Shown here one piece after another: positions 27,435 through 36,003 of a stretch of DNA of 47,505 nucleotides. The position numbers and the translations under genes were made by a program. A model generated the notes under the pieces. The model was given only the letters and a program-made list of their open reading frames with translations. It was not told the DNA's origin and made no database searches. The DNA is taken from the IMG/VR virus record IMGVR_UViG_3300036982_000361, positions 1 to 47,505 of that record; one strand, given 5' to 3'. This DNA is from a virus. Taxonomy: Duplodnaviria; Caudoviricetes. Each line of letters starts with the position of its first letter. The stretch's first letter is position 1.

Positions 27435-27577
27435 GCCTAGCTTGCCCCAAGTGCAAAGGACCAACAAAGGTCTACGACACACGAAAAGCAGGAGCGCACG
27501 GAATCTGGCGAAGACGTAAATGCAAAACTTGCGATAATAAGTTTACTACTGTAGAAAAGCCTGTTAATCATGAGTAA
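27431..27577 (+). CDS. NrdR N-terminal-like zinc-ribbon protein (48 aa)
   Basis: CPKC...TKVYDTR...IWRRRKCKTCDNKFTTVE. Confidence 0.75.
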   Translation: MSLACPKCKGPTKVYDTRKAGAHGIWRRRKCKTCDNKFTTVEKPVNHE

Positions 27578-27722
27578 AGACAACATAGAAGAAATTGCCG
27601 AAATAATGTGCGAGACAATGAAATACGTGTACCCAAATAAAAAGAAAGTTTATTCAAGCGAAGAGGGGCTTGCGTACGCAGAAGCTCTAATGTCTTTAGT
27701 AAAAACAGATTTTACAAAATAA
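27570..27722 (+). CDS. Hypothetical 50-aa protein
   Basis: MSKDNIEEIAEIMC...; AT-rich; fills the gap. Confidence 0.5.
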   Translation: MSKDNIEEIAEIMCETMKYVYPNKKKVYSSEEGLAYAEALMSLVKTDFTK

Positions 27723-27759
27723 ACCTTTTAACTCCTACTCACGGACACCTTGAGAAAAC

Positions 27760-29415
27760 ATGAAACTAAGACCGTATCAAGAAGCAGCTATCGACGCTTT
27801 GCGCGGAGCATTGAATGACGGCATGGCCCGCCCCCTGGTGTGCATGCCTACCGGCAGCGGGAAAGGCCCGACCATCGCAACGCTGGTGCATCGCGTTCAT
27901 CTCAAAGGCCCCTCTTCTAAGATCGTAGTCGCGGTTCACACGCAAGAGCTAGTCGAACAGCTTTCCAAGACCTACGAAGCTATCAGCGGCACAAAACCTG
28001 CGGTGTACTCGGCTTCGCTTGGCGTAAAGAAGATCGGCCCTGTTACCTTTTGCCAGATCCAATCGATTGCAAACAAGGCGTGCGATTTCGGATCTATTAA
28101 GTTGCTGGTGGTGGACGAATGCGACCGTATGCCCCTTACTGGCGAAGGTCAATATCGTACGTTCATCAAGGAAGCCGCTATCGTTAATCCGAAGATCCGT
28201 ATCGCAGGCTTCACGGCCACACCTTATCGCATGGGATCGGGCTTAGTGTATGGAGAAGGCCAGCCGTTTTCCGACATGGTCTACGACATCGGCATCAAGG
28301 AATTAGTCCACGAAGGGTATCTGTCGCCGTTGGTATCTAAGGACGGCGGCGCACCGGATCTGACCGGCGTTCATGTACGTCAGGGAGACTTCGTGGCGAG
28401 CGAACTGGAAGCGATCATGTCCGACGAGGACACGGTTGCCAAGGCGTGCGCCGAGATCGTGCGCTACGGACAAGACCGCAAGGCGTGGTTGGTGTTCGCA
28501 TCAGGCATCAAGCACGCCAACCTTATCAGCGCTGCTTTAAAGACGCACGGGGTCGATGCCCCTGTCATTGAGGGCAACATGGACAAGGCCGAGCGTGCGC
28601 GATTGATCGCAGCGTATCGTAATAAAGAACTTAAAGCATTAGTAAACGTCAATGTCCTAAGCGTTGGATTTGACGCCCCCCATGTTGATCTGTTGGCCTT
28701 GATGCGTCCAACAAAGAGTAGCGGACTGTACTACCAGCAAATTGGTCGTGGTCTGCGACGCGCTGAAGGTAAGATTAACGCTATGGTCCTTGACCTAAGC
28801 GGAAATATTTCCAGGCACGGCCCTATCGATACGCTAAACGAGCGCGTTAAGAACAAGAGGAAGTCTGACAAGGAAGGCGTTGCACCAACCAAGACATGCC
28901 CCAAGTGCCAAGAGATCGTCGCAGCCGGTGTTCGACTATGCCCGTGCTGCGAGTTTGAGTTCCCGCCACCGGAGATTGCCAAGCACGACACCGTTGCTGC
29001 GTACGACACCCCCCTATCTAACTCTGAAATACGTGAAATTCCGGTAGACGCCATGACGATTCGCGTGCACTCCTCCAAAGATCCGAGCAAAGCGCCGACA
29101 TTGTGCGTCAACTACATGTGCGCATCAACCAAGATCAGCGAGTGGCTGTCAGTTGACGAGAAGGCGCATACGTGGGCGCGACACAAAGCCAAGCAGTGGT
29201 TTCGAGACACCCCCTTGGAAAACGCCGACGGAAAGCAGATCGCGGTACGCGATGATGGATTGTACGGAATTACCGCAGAAAGCGAGATTCGGCTAACGAC
29301 CGCTATGGCGTGCGTTCAGTTCCTGGCTTGCATTCCGAAACCCACACGCATACGCTTCCAGACCACACCGGAATCGTCCAAGTATCCCAAGGTGTTGGGC
29401 CGGAGCTTCGCGTGA
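27760..29415 (+). CDS. SF2 DEAD/DEAH-box helicase (RadD/YejH-like) with zinc finger
   Basis: LRPYQ, PTGSGK, VVDECD, TATPYR, QQIGRGLR, CPKC..CPCC. Confidence 0.92.
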   Translation: MKLRPYQEAAIDALRGALNDGMARPLVCMPTGSGKGPTIATLVHRVHLKGPSSKIVVAVHTQELVEQLSKTYEAISGTKPAVYSASLGVKKIGPVTFCQIQSIANKACDFGSIKLLVVDECDRMPLTGEGQYRTFIKEAAIVNPKIRIAGFTATPYRMGSGLVYGEGQPFSDMVYDIGIKELVHEGYLSPLVSKDGGAPDLTGVHVRQGDFVASELEAIMSDEDTVAKACAEIVRYGQDRKAWLVFASGIKHANLISAALKTHGVDAPVIEGNMDKAERARLIAAYRNKELKALVNVNVLSVGFDAPHVDLLALMRPTKSSGLYYQQIGRGLRRAEGKINAMVLDLSGNISRHGPIDTLNERVKNKRKSDKEGVAPTKTCPKCQEIVAAGVRLCPCCEFEFPPPEIAKHDTVAAYDTPLSNSEIREIPVDAMTIRVHSSKDPSKAPTLCVNYMCASTKISEWLSVDEKAHTWARHKAKQWFRDTPLENADGKQIAVRDDGLYGITAESEIRLTTAMACVQFLACIPKPTRIRFQTTPESSKYPKVLGRSFA

Positions 29416-31502
29416 CACCAATTGAACTCGCCCAAAAGGGCTGGCACCTCATCCCGTGGTCAAAGCGCGCTTCCTCAAGCCGCCAGCCGATGGTGAAGGG
29501 CTATCTCGGAACACTGCCAACGCCGGAAGAAGTCGCTGAGTGGCATCGCAAGTGGCCGTCATGTGACTGGGCGATCAAGCCTACGTTTCACGTTGTACTC
29601 GATATCGAGATGAAGAACGGCTTGGACGGGGAAGCGGAACTGATTGAAAAGTTTCAGCCCTTAGAGGGTTTCCCTAGCACCAAGACCTTTAACGGCGGTC
29701 GCCACGTCTGGATGCGCGTTCCTCACGATTGCACCCTCAAGGGCGGCGTGTGGATCGGTGACGCCCTGGAAGTAAAATTCAAAGCGAGCGTTCACATACC
29801 TCCATCGGAAGGGTACGAGTGGATAACTCCGCTAGAATCTCTGACCGATGTTCCGATGGCGCCGGATTGGTTTATGGAAGCATGGGCCAAGGCTGCGCCC
29901 GTCAGCATCAAGGCCACGGAAACGGCATCGTTCCCCGAGGGTCAGAGGCACGCGCTGCTATGCTCGGCTGCGGGCGCGTTGCGTAACCTCGGACTTGGCG
30001 AAGAGGGCATCTTCCTTGGGTTGCAGGGTGTGCGTGCTGACCGCTGCGAGAACCCCGAGACGGTCTCTGATGACGAGCTACGCGGTATTGCGAAGTCGTA
30101 CGCGGAAAAGGAAGCCAGCGAATCGTTTGATATGCGACTCGCACGAGGCGAAGAGCGGGCCGTTCAGGTGGCAAACTTTATATCTCGGAACACGGGGCCG
30201 GTACCTGTTGCGAAGGAGATAAACCCACTAGCGGTTCCGAAACTGTCAGCGGAACATCTTCGCCCTACGCCGTTGATTGCGGCTTGGGTGGACTGGTGCT
30301 TGTCCTGCGCTCCACGCCCACAACCAGAGCTTTCCTTGCTGGCGGCGTGCGTTGGCATGGGTGCACTGATTGGGCGCGATCTGACGTGGCGTCGATCACA
30401 TGCGAACATCTACGGGCTTGGGCTGGCATCGTCGGGTTCGGGTAAGGACGTGCCGTTGCATTCGATTCGCAAGGTATTTGCTGCTGTCGGTTGTGTGGAT
30501 CTGCTTGGATCGATGCATTTCGACTCTGATGCGGGTATGTTTGACGAGATCAACCAAAGCCCAAGCATCACCTGGGCCGTAGACGAGATCGGACTGTTCC
30601 TGCAACAGATCAAGCTACCTACCTGCCCTGGCTACATGAAAAAGGTATGCACCAACCTGACGGAGTGGTACTCGTGCCAACCGATTAAGGGGAAGGCGCT
30701 TAAGGGGCAAACGGCTACGGAAATACATTCGCCATTTCCATCGGTGTTGACGTTCTGCCAGCCTAAGATCTTCTCCCGCGTGTACGATGACGCGTTGTCG
30801 GAGCAAGGCATGATTAACCGCTTTGTTCCCTTTATGGGGGAGCATCTACCCGAGATGCGTTTCGATTTTGAGGATACGCCGCCACCGGAAGATATGGTTG
30901 CGGCGCTTACCAAAATGAACACGGAGATCAAACGCTCTCCCGTGGAGAACGCGGGGGCGACACGTAAAACGCAAGAGATCACATGCGATCCTGACGTGCT
31001 GGCGCACTACTACACGAAGGCCCGTGAAGTGGAAGCGACTGTGCAGTCCACAAAGCTTACCGATGAAAAGCGTTCGACCCTGATGAGCCGTTGCGTTGAA
31101 ACTTCAAAGCGGTTTAGCCTGATTCACGCCTACACAATGAACGTCGATCAGCCGCACATGACCAAGGAAAGCATTGATTGGGGCTTTGCTATCGCGGCCT
31201 ATACCACCGATGTTTTACTGCACATTACCAATAATGCGGCAACTACTCCTCATGCGCTTAACATTGACCGCATCTACGCGGCGGTAAGGACATCGGGCGA
31301 AAAGGGCATGTCGCCTAGCGTGTTGATTCAGCGCACTATGCGCGACGTGGAAGCGCAAAAACGGGAAGCCGTTCTATCTGATCTTGTAAAAGCTGATAGG
31401 ATACGCATCTACGAGATAAAAGCAAAAACGGGACAGAAAACTAAACGCTACTTTGCCGATCATTTTTTCGCAGCATGCGAAAGGAATATAAATGAACACT
31501 GA
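29412..31502 (+). CDS. Bifunctional primase-polymerase with PriCT-like and C-terminal P-loop (DUF3987-like) domains
   Basis: GTGA-coupled start; VVLDIE, TFNGGRHVW, HIPPS; FPEGQRH; ASSGSGKD; VDEIG. Confidence 0.85.
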   Translation: MTPIELAQKGWHLIPWSKRASSSRQPMVKGYLGTLPTPEEVAEWHRKWPSCDWAIKPTFHVVLDIEMKNGLDGEAELIEKFQPLEGFPSTKTFNGGRHVWMRVPHDCTLKGGVWIGDALEVKFKASVHIPPSEGYEWITPLESLTDVPMAPDWFMEAWAKAAPVSIKATETASFPEGQRHALLCSAAGALRNLGLGEEGIFLGLQGVRADRCENPETVSDDELRGIAKSYAEKEASESFDMRLARGEERAVQVANFISRNTGPVPVAKEINPLAVPKLSAEHLRPTPLIAAWVDWCLSCAPRPQPELSLLAACVGMGALIGRDLTWRRSHANIYGLGLASSGSGKDVPLHSIRKVFAAVGCVDLLGSMHFDSDAGMFDEINQSPSITWAVDEIGLFLQQIKLPTCPGYMKKVCTNLTEWYSCQPIKGKALKGQTATEIHSPFPSVLTFCQPKIFSRVYDDALSEQGMINRFVPFMGEHLPEMRFDFEDTPPPEDMVAALTKMNTEIKRSPVENAGATRKTQEITCDPDVLAHYYTKAREVEATVQSTKLTDEKRSTLMSRCVETSKRFSLIHAYTMNVDQPHMTKESIDWGFAIAAYTTDVLLHITNNAATTPHALNIDRIYAAVRTSGEKGMSPSVLIQRTMRDVEAQKREAVLSDLVKADRIRIYEIKAKTGQKTKRYFADHFFAACERNINEH

Positions 31503-31941
31503 ACAAGCCATCATCTGGTTTACCGCTATGGTAGACCGCACTCACGAAGCCCCGCCTGAGATTGTGGCTAAGCTACTGCCACACGTCGGCACATTGAAGA
31601 AGTTTGCCGAAGCGATTGCCGAACGCGCTAACGAGCTGGCACGTTCTGACGAATTGCCGGGCTATACCAAGGGCGAAGGTCGCGCTAAGGCATTAGCTTG
31701 GGTAGACGATGCGGATCTGCCCGCTTTCCTATATGAGAGCAAGCCGATGTCGCCAGCTCAGGCGATTAAGAACAAGCTCGTGTCTGAGGAAACGATCACC
31801 AAGCAGGGATGGGCCGTGCGTGGTGCTAGCGAAGTGGTTGCTGTGAAGCTAGAAGAGGTGAAGCCGGTTGCGGAACCGCGTAAGGTTGCGCCACCACGTA
31901 AGGTTGTGGAGCCTGTTATCCCTGATGACTGTCCATTCTGA
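31492..31941 (+). CDS. Protein resembling only the C-terminal part of DUF2800 (Cas4-like exonuclease family)
   Basis: LPGYTKGEGR...W.D...LYESKPMSPAQAIK motif; no PD-(D/E)xK part. Confidence 0.55.
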   Translation: MNTEQAIIWFTAMVDRTHEAPPEIVAKLLPHVGTLKKFAEAIAERANELARSDELPGYTKGEGRAKALAWVDDADLPAFLYESKPMSPAQAIKNKLVSEETITKQGWAVRGASEVVAVKLEEVKPVAEPRKVAPPRKVVEPVIPDDCPF

Positions 31942-31943
31942 TC

Positions 31944-32252
31944 ATGAACCACACTACCGATTATTTAGAAATCATCGGACCGGAGCCCGACGTATCCGAC
32001 TACCGGGATTTGCACCGCTGGGATAAGTGGGGCGTGTGGTTCAGACGATTCTCAAAGCTAGCTCCGTTTTCCAACGGAACCATTGACGAAGATGGAACCG
32101 TACACTACGTGCCCGTGCTACGGTCACAACGCACACGGATTTTTAGAGAGAATAAATGGAAATCAGTATCGACTTTGAAACTCGCAGCCTTGCCGACCTG
32201 TCCGAAGTCGGTGCATGGAACTATTCGCTGCATGAAAGTACGGTTGTACTGA
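31944..32252 (+). CDS. Hypothetical protein
   Basis: ATG 2 nt after the previous stop; 3' end overlaps the polymerase gene by ~97 nt. Confidence 0.5.
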   Translation: MNHTTDYLEIIGPEPDVSDYRDLHRWDKWGVWFRRFSKLAPFSNGTIDEDGTVHYVPVLRSQRTRIFRENKWKSVSTLKLAALPTCPKSVHGTIRCMKVRLY

Positions 32253-34150
32253 TGTGCGCTATTTCGGCTGACGGTAGCAAGGCTATGTGCTTTGATTGCC
32301 GCCAGCCGGATGCGCTAAACGTCGTCAAGCGCATGCTGCAAGACGCAGACGAGATTCACGCTTGGAATGTCGGCTTTGAGTACGCCTTGATTACGAACGT
32401 ACTTAAGCTGGACATTCCGGTGTTGCGCTTCTTTGACACGATGGCAAAAGCGTGTGCGTTCTCAGTACCCGCGTCTCTTGGCAAGTGCGGCGCGGCGTTG
32501 AACCTACCGGTACAGAAGGACAAAGAAGGCGACCGGCTCATGAAGCTGTTCAGCATGCCCGCTACGGCGGGAAAACTGAAGGGGCAGTTGCGTGAGATGA
32601 CGCCGGAACTTGAATCTGAGTACGTCCGTTATATGGACTATTGCCGCCAGGATGTGGAAGCCGAGATGGCGATTGATGCCGCGTTGCCTGATCTGACGGG
32701 AGATGATCTGGCGTTCTGGCGCACAACGTGGATCACGAACCTGCGCGGCATCCCTATCGACATGGAGTTGGTTACGTCGCTGCAAAAGATGGTCGAGCGC
32801 GGTGAGAAGGTCATCGGTTCTGCCGTCAGCGAGCGTACTGACGGAGCCCTTGATGGGTACGTGCTCAAGAACAACCATAGCAAAGTGTCAAAGTATCTTG
32901 ACTTGCCCAGCGTGGCTAAGGCGTACGTCAAAGAAGTTCTAGCGCGTGCAGACGTTGATCCGAAGACACGCGAGCTGCTGGAAGCACGGCAAGCACTAGG
33001 CCGTACCGCTGTGGCGAAGCTGCCCAAGTTCAAGAACTACGCATCTGTCGTAGATCACCGCGTACGGGATGCGCATCGGTTCAACGGCGCACAGTCGGGC
33101 CGCGATACAAGTCTCGGCATTAACCTGATGAACTTGCCACGCGGTGCGAAGTTCGATGTTCCGAAGCTGATTGCGTGTGCTAAGGCGGATGATTGGGAAG
33201 GCTTCTTTGAGACGGCAAAGTACCACCTCGGGAAAAGCGGACCGGTCCCGGTGCTGTTCGATCCGCTTGGTGCCGTTGTTGCGTGCTTGCGCGGTTGCAT
33301 TGCACCTAAGCAAGGCGTCTTGTATCAATGTGACTATGCCAGCATCGAGCCGCGTGTGCTAGCTTGGTACTCGGGCCAGGAGTGGGAGCTAGAGGCGTGG
33401 CGTAAGTACGACGCAAAGCAGGGGCCAGATCTGTATAAAGTGTTTGCCGGTAAAGCATGGGGCATTGAGCCAGATGTGGTATCTGGCGATCAACGCCAGC
33501 TTGGTAAGGTAGGCAAGCTCGCTGCTGCGTACCGTACCGGGTGGAAAACTCTTCAAACGCAAGCAAAGGACGTGTACGCGCTCGTCCTAGCTGACACAGA
33601 AGCACAGTTCATCATCGACGGATATCGTGCAACGCACCGTGAAAACGTAGCGTTCTGGTACAATACCGAGAAGGCCGCAGAGAAGGCCGTTGACAATCCC
33701 GGTTCCGTATACAGCATAGGCAAAGCAGCGTACCGATTCGATGGCTTGCACTTGCAATGCCGTCTCGCTTCTGGTCGCAAAATCACCTACCCGTACGCCA
33801 CCATGGAAACCGTTGTGCATCCTGAGTACGGTCCTAAGCGTCAGTTGCACTACATGTGCGAAGACGGCCCCGGTAAGGTGTGGCGTAAGATCAGCACTCA
33901 TGGCGGCGTGCTTACTAACCACATTGTGCAGGGTACTAGCGGGTGTTTACTGCGCCACGCCTGCAACAACTTGGAAGCGGCGGGGTTTAATGTGATCCTG
34001 CGTATCTACGACGAGATCGTAGCTGAGATGCCCGACGCTTCACGTTTTGACGAGTTTCAACGCATCATTCTCCAGCTTCCGGAATGGGCAGAAGGTCTGC
34101 CTGTCAGTGGCGCTGGCTGGATTGCTGAACGATATAAAAAGGACGGTTAA
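32156..34150 (+). CDS. DNA polymerase family A with 3'-5' exonuclease
   Basis: IDFETRS, AWNVGFE and YCRQDVE exonuclease motifs; DYASIEPRV (motif A), RQLGKVGKLAAAY (B), IYDEIV (C). Confidence 0.95.
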   Translation: MEISIDFETRSLADLSEVGAWNYSLHESTVVLMCAISADGSKAMCFDCRQPDALNVVKRMLQDADEIHAWNVGFEYALITNVLKLDIPVLRFFDTMAKACAFSVPASLGKCGAALNLPVQKDKEGDRLMKLFSMPATAGKLKGQLREMTPELESEYVRYMDYCRQDVEAEMAIDAALPDLTGDDLAFWRTTWITNLRGIPIDMELVTSLQKMVERGEKVIGSAVSERTDGALDGYVLKNNHSKVSKYLDLPSVAKAYVKEVLARADVDPKTRELLEARQALGRTAVAKLPKFKNYASVVDHRVRDAHRFNGAQSGRDTSLGINLMNLPRGAKFDVPKLIACAKADDWEGFFETAKYHLGKSGPVPVLFDPLGAVVACLRGCIAPKQGVLYQCDYASIEPRVLAWYSGQEWELEAWRKYDAKQGPDLYKVFAGKAWGIEPDVVSGDQRQLGKVGKLAAAYRTGWKTLQTQAKDVYALVLADTEAQFIIDGYRATHRENVAFWYNTEKAAEKAVDNPGSVYSIGKAAYRFDGLHLQCRLASGRKITYPYATMETVVHPEYGPKRQLHYMCEDGPGKVWRKISTHGGVLTNHIVQGTSGCLLRHACNNLEAAGFNVILRIYDEIVAEMPDASRFDEFQRIILQLPEWAEGLPVSGAGWIAERYKKDG

Positions 34151-34151
34151 A

Positions 34152-34415
34152 ATGAGTGAAAACACTATGCCTCCATGGATCACGGAAGAAGCGGAGTGCA
34201 GCGACCTACACGATGCCGTCAACCACCCGCCGCACTACACGTCACACCCAAGCGGCATTGAGTGCATCCAAATTACGGAGCACATGGGCTTTAACCTTGG
34301 TAACGCTATTAAATACACGTGGCGTGCTGATCTAAAGAACGATGCGATTGAAGACTTAAAGAAGGCTGTGTGGTACATTCAACGAGAGATCGCTAAACGC
34401 GAGAAGAAAGATTAA
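34152..34415 (+). CDS. DUF3310 protein (T7 gp1.7-like nucleotide kinase family)
   Basis: DAVNHPPHYT...IECIQI...FNLGNAIKY.WRA..K...EDLKKA.WY. Confidence 0.9.
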   Translation: MSENTMPPWITEEAECSDLHDAVNHPPHYTSHPSGIECIQITEHMGFNLGNAIKYTWRADLKNDAIEDLKKAVWYIQREIAKREKKD

Positions 34416-34417
34416 AC

Positions 34418-34960
34418 ATGACCGAAACCCCAAAAGACGGCGATAAAAAGCCTAATAAAATGCAATACGTCATCAAACTAGTTGACGACGCTTATGCGCT
34501 ACCTAGTGACGCAATAGAGGAAGACCACAAAGATTTTGTTGCTATGCACGATGAGCTTGTCAAAAAAGCAACGTGGTTTGACGAATTAAAAGAGATCCCT
34601 GCGTTTTTAAAACCGCCTGTAGAGTCTACCTACGAACGCCCCGTCGATCATATTTTAACTCGTGAAAAACACTACGCAGAAACACTACTTTCTGACGGGT
34701 CGTGCATACGCACCGCTGTCTTTATGGACTACTTTGATAGTATAAAGCTGTTAAATTACGTGGGGTTCCCCATAAAGCGCATGCTTCCGAGCGTTCTTTT
34801 GCACGCTGTTGGTCGCAGTGATGTGCTTCGAGAGAAATACTGGTATACCGAAAGGACTGTAGTTGTTGCGACGTGGACCGCTTCGGAAATAGCAGAACGG
34901 ATCAAGCAGCACAAAGAGGCAGAAGAAGGCGAAGAGTGGAAAAAAGGAGAAAAACCGTGA
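34418..34960 (+). CDS. Hypothetical protein
   Basis: 180 aa; within the operon. Confidence 0.65.
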   Translation: MTETPKDGDKKPNKMQYVIKLVDDAYALPSDAIEEDHKDFVAMHDELVKKATWFDELKEIPAFLKPPVESTYERPVDHILTREKHYAETLLSDGSCIRTAVFMDYFDSIKLLNYVGFPIKRMLPSVLLHAVGRSDVLREKYWYTERTVVVATWTASEIAERIKQHKEAEEGEEWKKGEKP

Positions 34961-35190
34961 GCTTAAACACAGACGAGATGTACGATTATCTTACGGGAGA
35001 AGGGTACATAACCGAGGATGAGGCGCGTGAACTTATTGAAGAAGCCGTTGTAGAATTAGAAGAAACTAATGACTTACAGTGGTGTAAAATAGAACACCTA
35101 GAAAAAGAAAACGAGCTTTTGCAAGAACAACTGCATGCGCTGTGTGCCCGAATAATCACACTAGAGAAAACAGATGGGCGCGTACATTAA
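34957..35190 (+). CDS. Hypothetical acidic coiled-coil protein
   Basis: GTGA-coupled; AGGAG SD. Confidence 0.6.
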   Translation: MSLNTDEMYDYLTGEGYITEDEARELIEEAVVELEETNDLQWCKIEHLEKENELLQEQLHALCARIITLEKTDGRVH

Positions 35191-35659
35191 AGTTCGTGGA
35201 ATATGGAACCCCTGCGCAACGGGGGTTCTGTACGATTTTACCGATGAAGTACTATGTGCGTCAGGAAGATATGAAGAGCGTCAAGAACAGTGGCGCAAAG
35301 AGATGGCCGACGCGCAACAGCTACACGATAGCTGGCTAAAGCATAAGCAAGAGGAGGAGCGTTGTGCAGAAGCTAAACGGCTAGAGGACGAGCGAAGGGC
35401 GCTAATAAAAAAGACACGGCTAAAGAAGCCAGTAACGCCTTTAGCACCTGCGGTAGGTGCTGTTGATCCGCATTCCGCGTATATTGAAAACGCACGTAAG
35501 AAGCTATCAGGCATGTCAAAAGACGATTGCGCGTTTTGTGGTGTGCCGTTAGTAGAAGAAGACAGGATACGCACCCGCATGGACGTTTCTTTCTGCACTT
35601 CCGAATGCGCGTACAGCTTTGCGAAATCCTACTATGAGAAGAATCCGCCTCCGACATGA
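35174..35659 (+). CDS. Hypothetical protein with C-terminal zinc finger
   Basis: CAFCG...FCTSEC. Confidence 0.6.
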   Translation: MGAYIKVRGIWNPCATGVLYDFTDEVLCASGRYEERQEQWRKEMADAQQLHDSWLKHKQEEERCAEAKRLEDERRALIKKTRLKKPVTPLAPAVGAVDPHSAYIENARKKLSGMSKDDCAFCGVPLVEEDRIRTRMDVSFCTSECAYSFAKSYYEKNPPPT

Positions 35660-36003
35660 AAATCCAACTACCCAACCTTGAACCCTGTGCCAAAGCCCGC
35701 CCCCGTGTCACAGCACGGGGCACGTACATGCCCAAGCGATACCAGGACTGGCGCAAGAAGTTCGTGGCGATGTGGCGCGCTACTGTTCCACATTACCAAT
35801 GGAACGAACCTGTGTGTATTAGCGTGCGGTGGACTACGCCGACCGGTAAATGCAAGCCGGACCTGGACAACGCGATTGCTGCCGTCTTTGATGCGTTGCA
35901 AGACGCAGGCGCGTTATCGAACGACTCGCTTGTCCGGTCAGGAAGTTTCCGTATCGACGTAGGTCCGTTGGCGACCTACGTTGAGATTACGCCCCATCAA
36001 TGA
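35656..36003 (+). CDS. rusA: RusA-like Holliday junction resolvase
   Basis: KARPRVT; KPDLDNAIAAVFDALQDAGALSNDSLV. Confidence 0.85.
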   Translation: MKIQLPNLEPCAKARPRVTARGTYMPKRYQDWRKKFVAMWRATVPHYQWNEPVCISVRWTTPTGKCKPDLDNAIAAVFDALQDAGALSNDSLVRSGSFRIDVGPLATYVEITPHQ

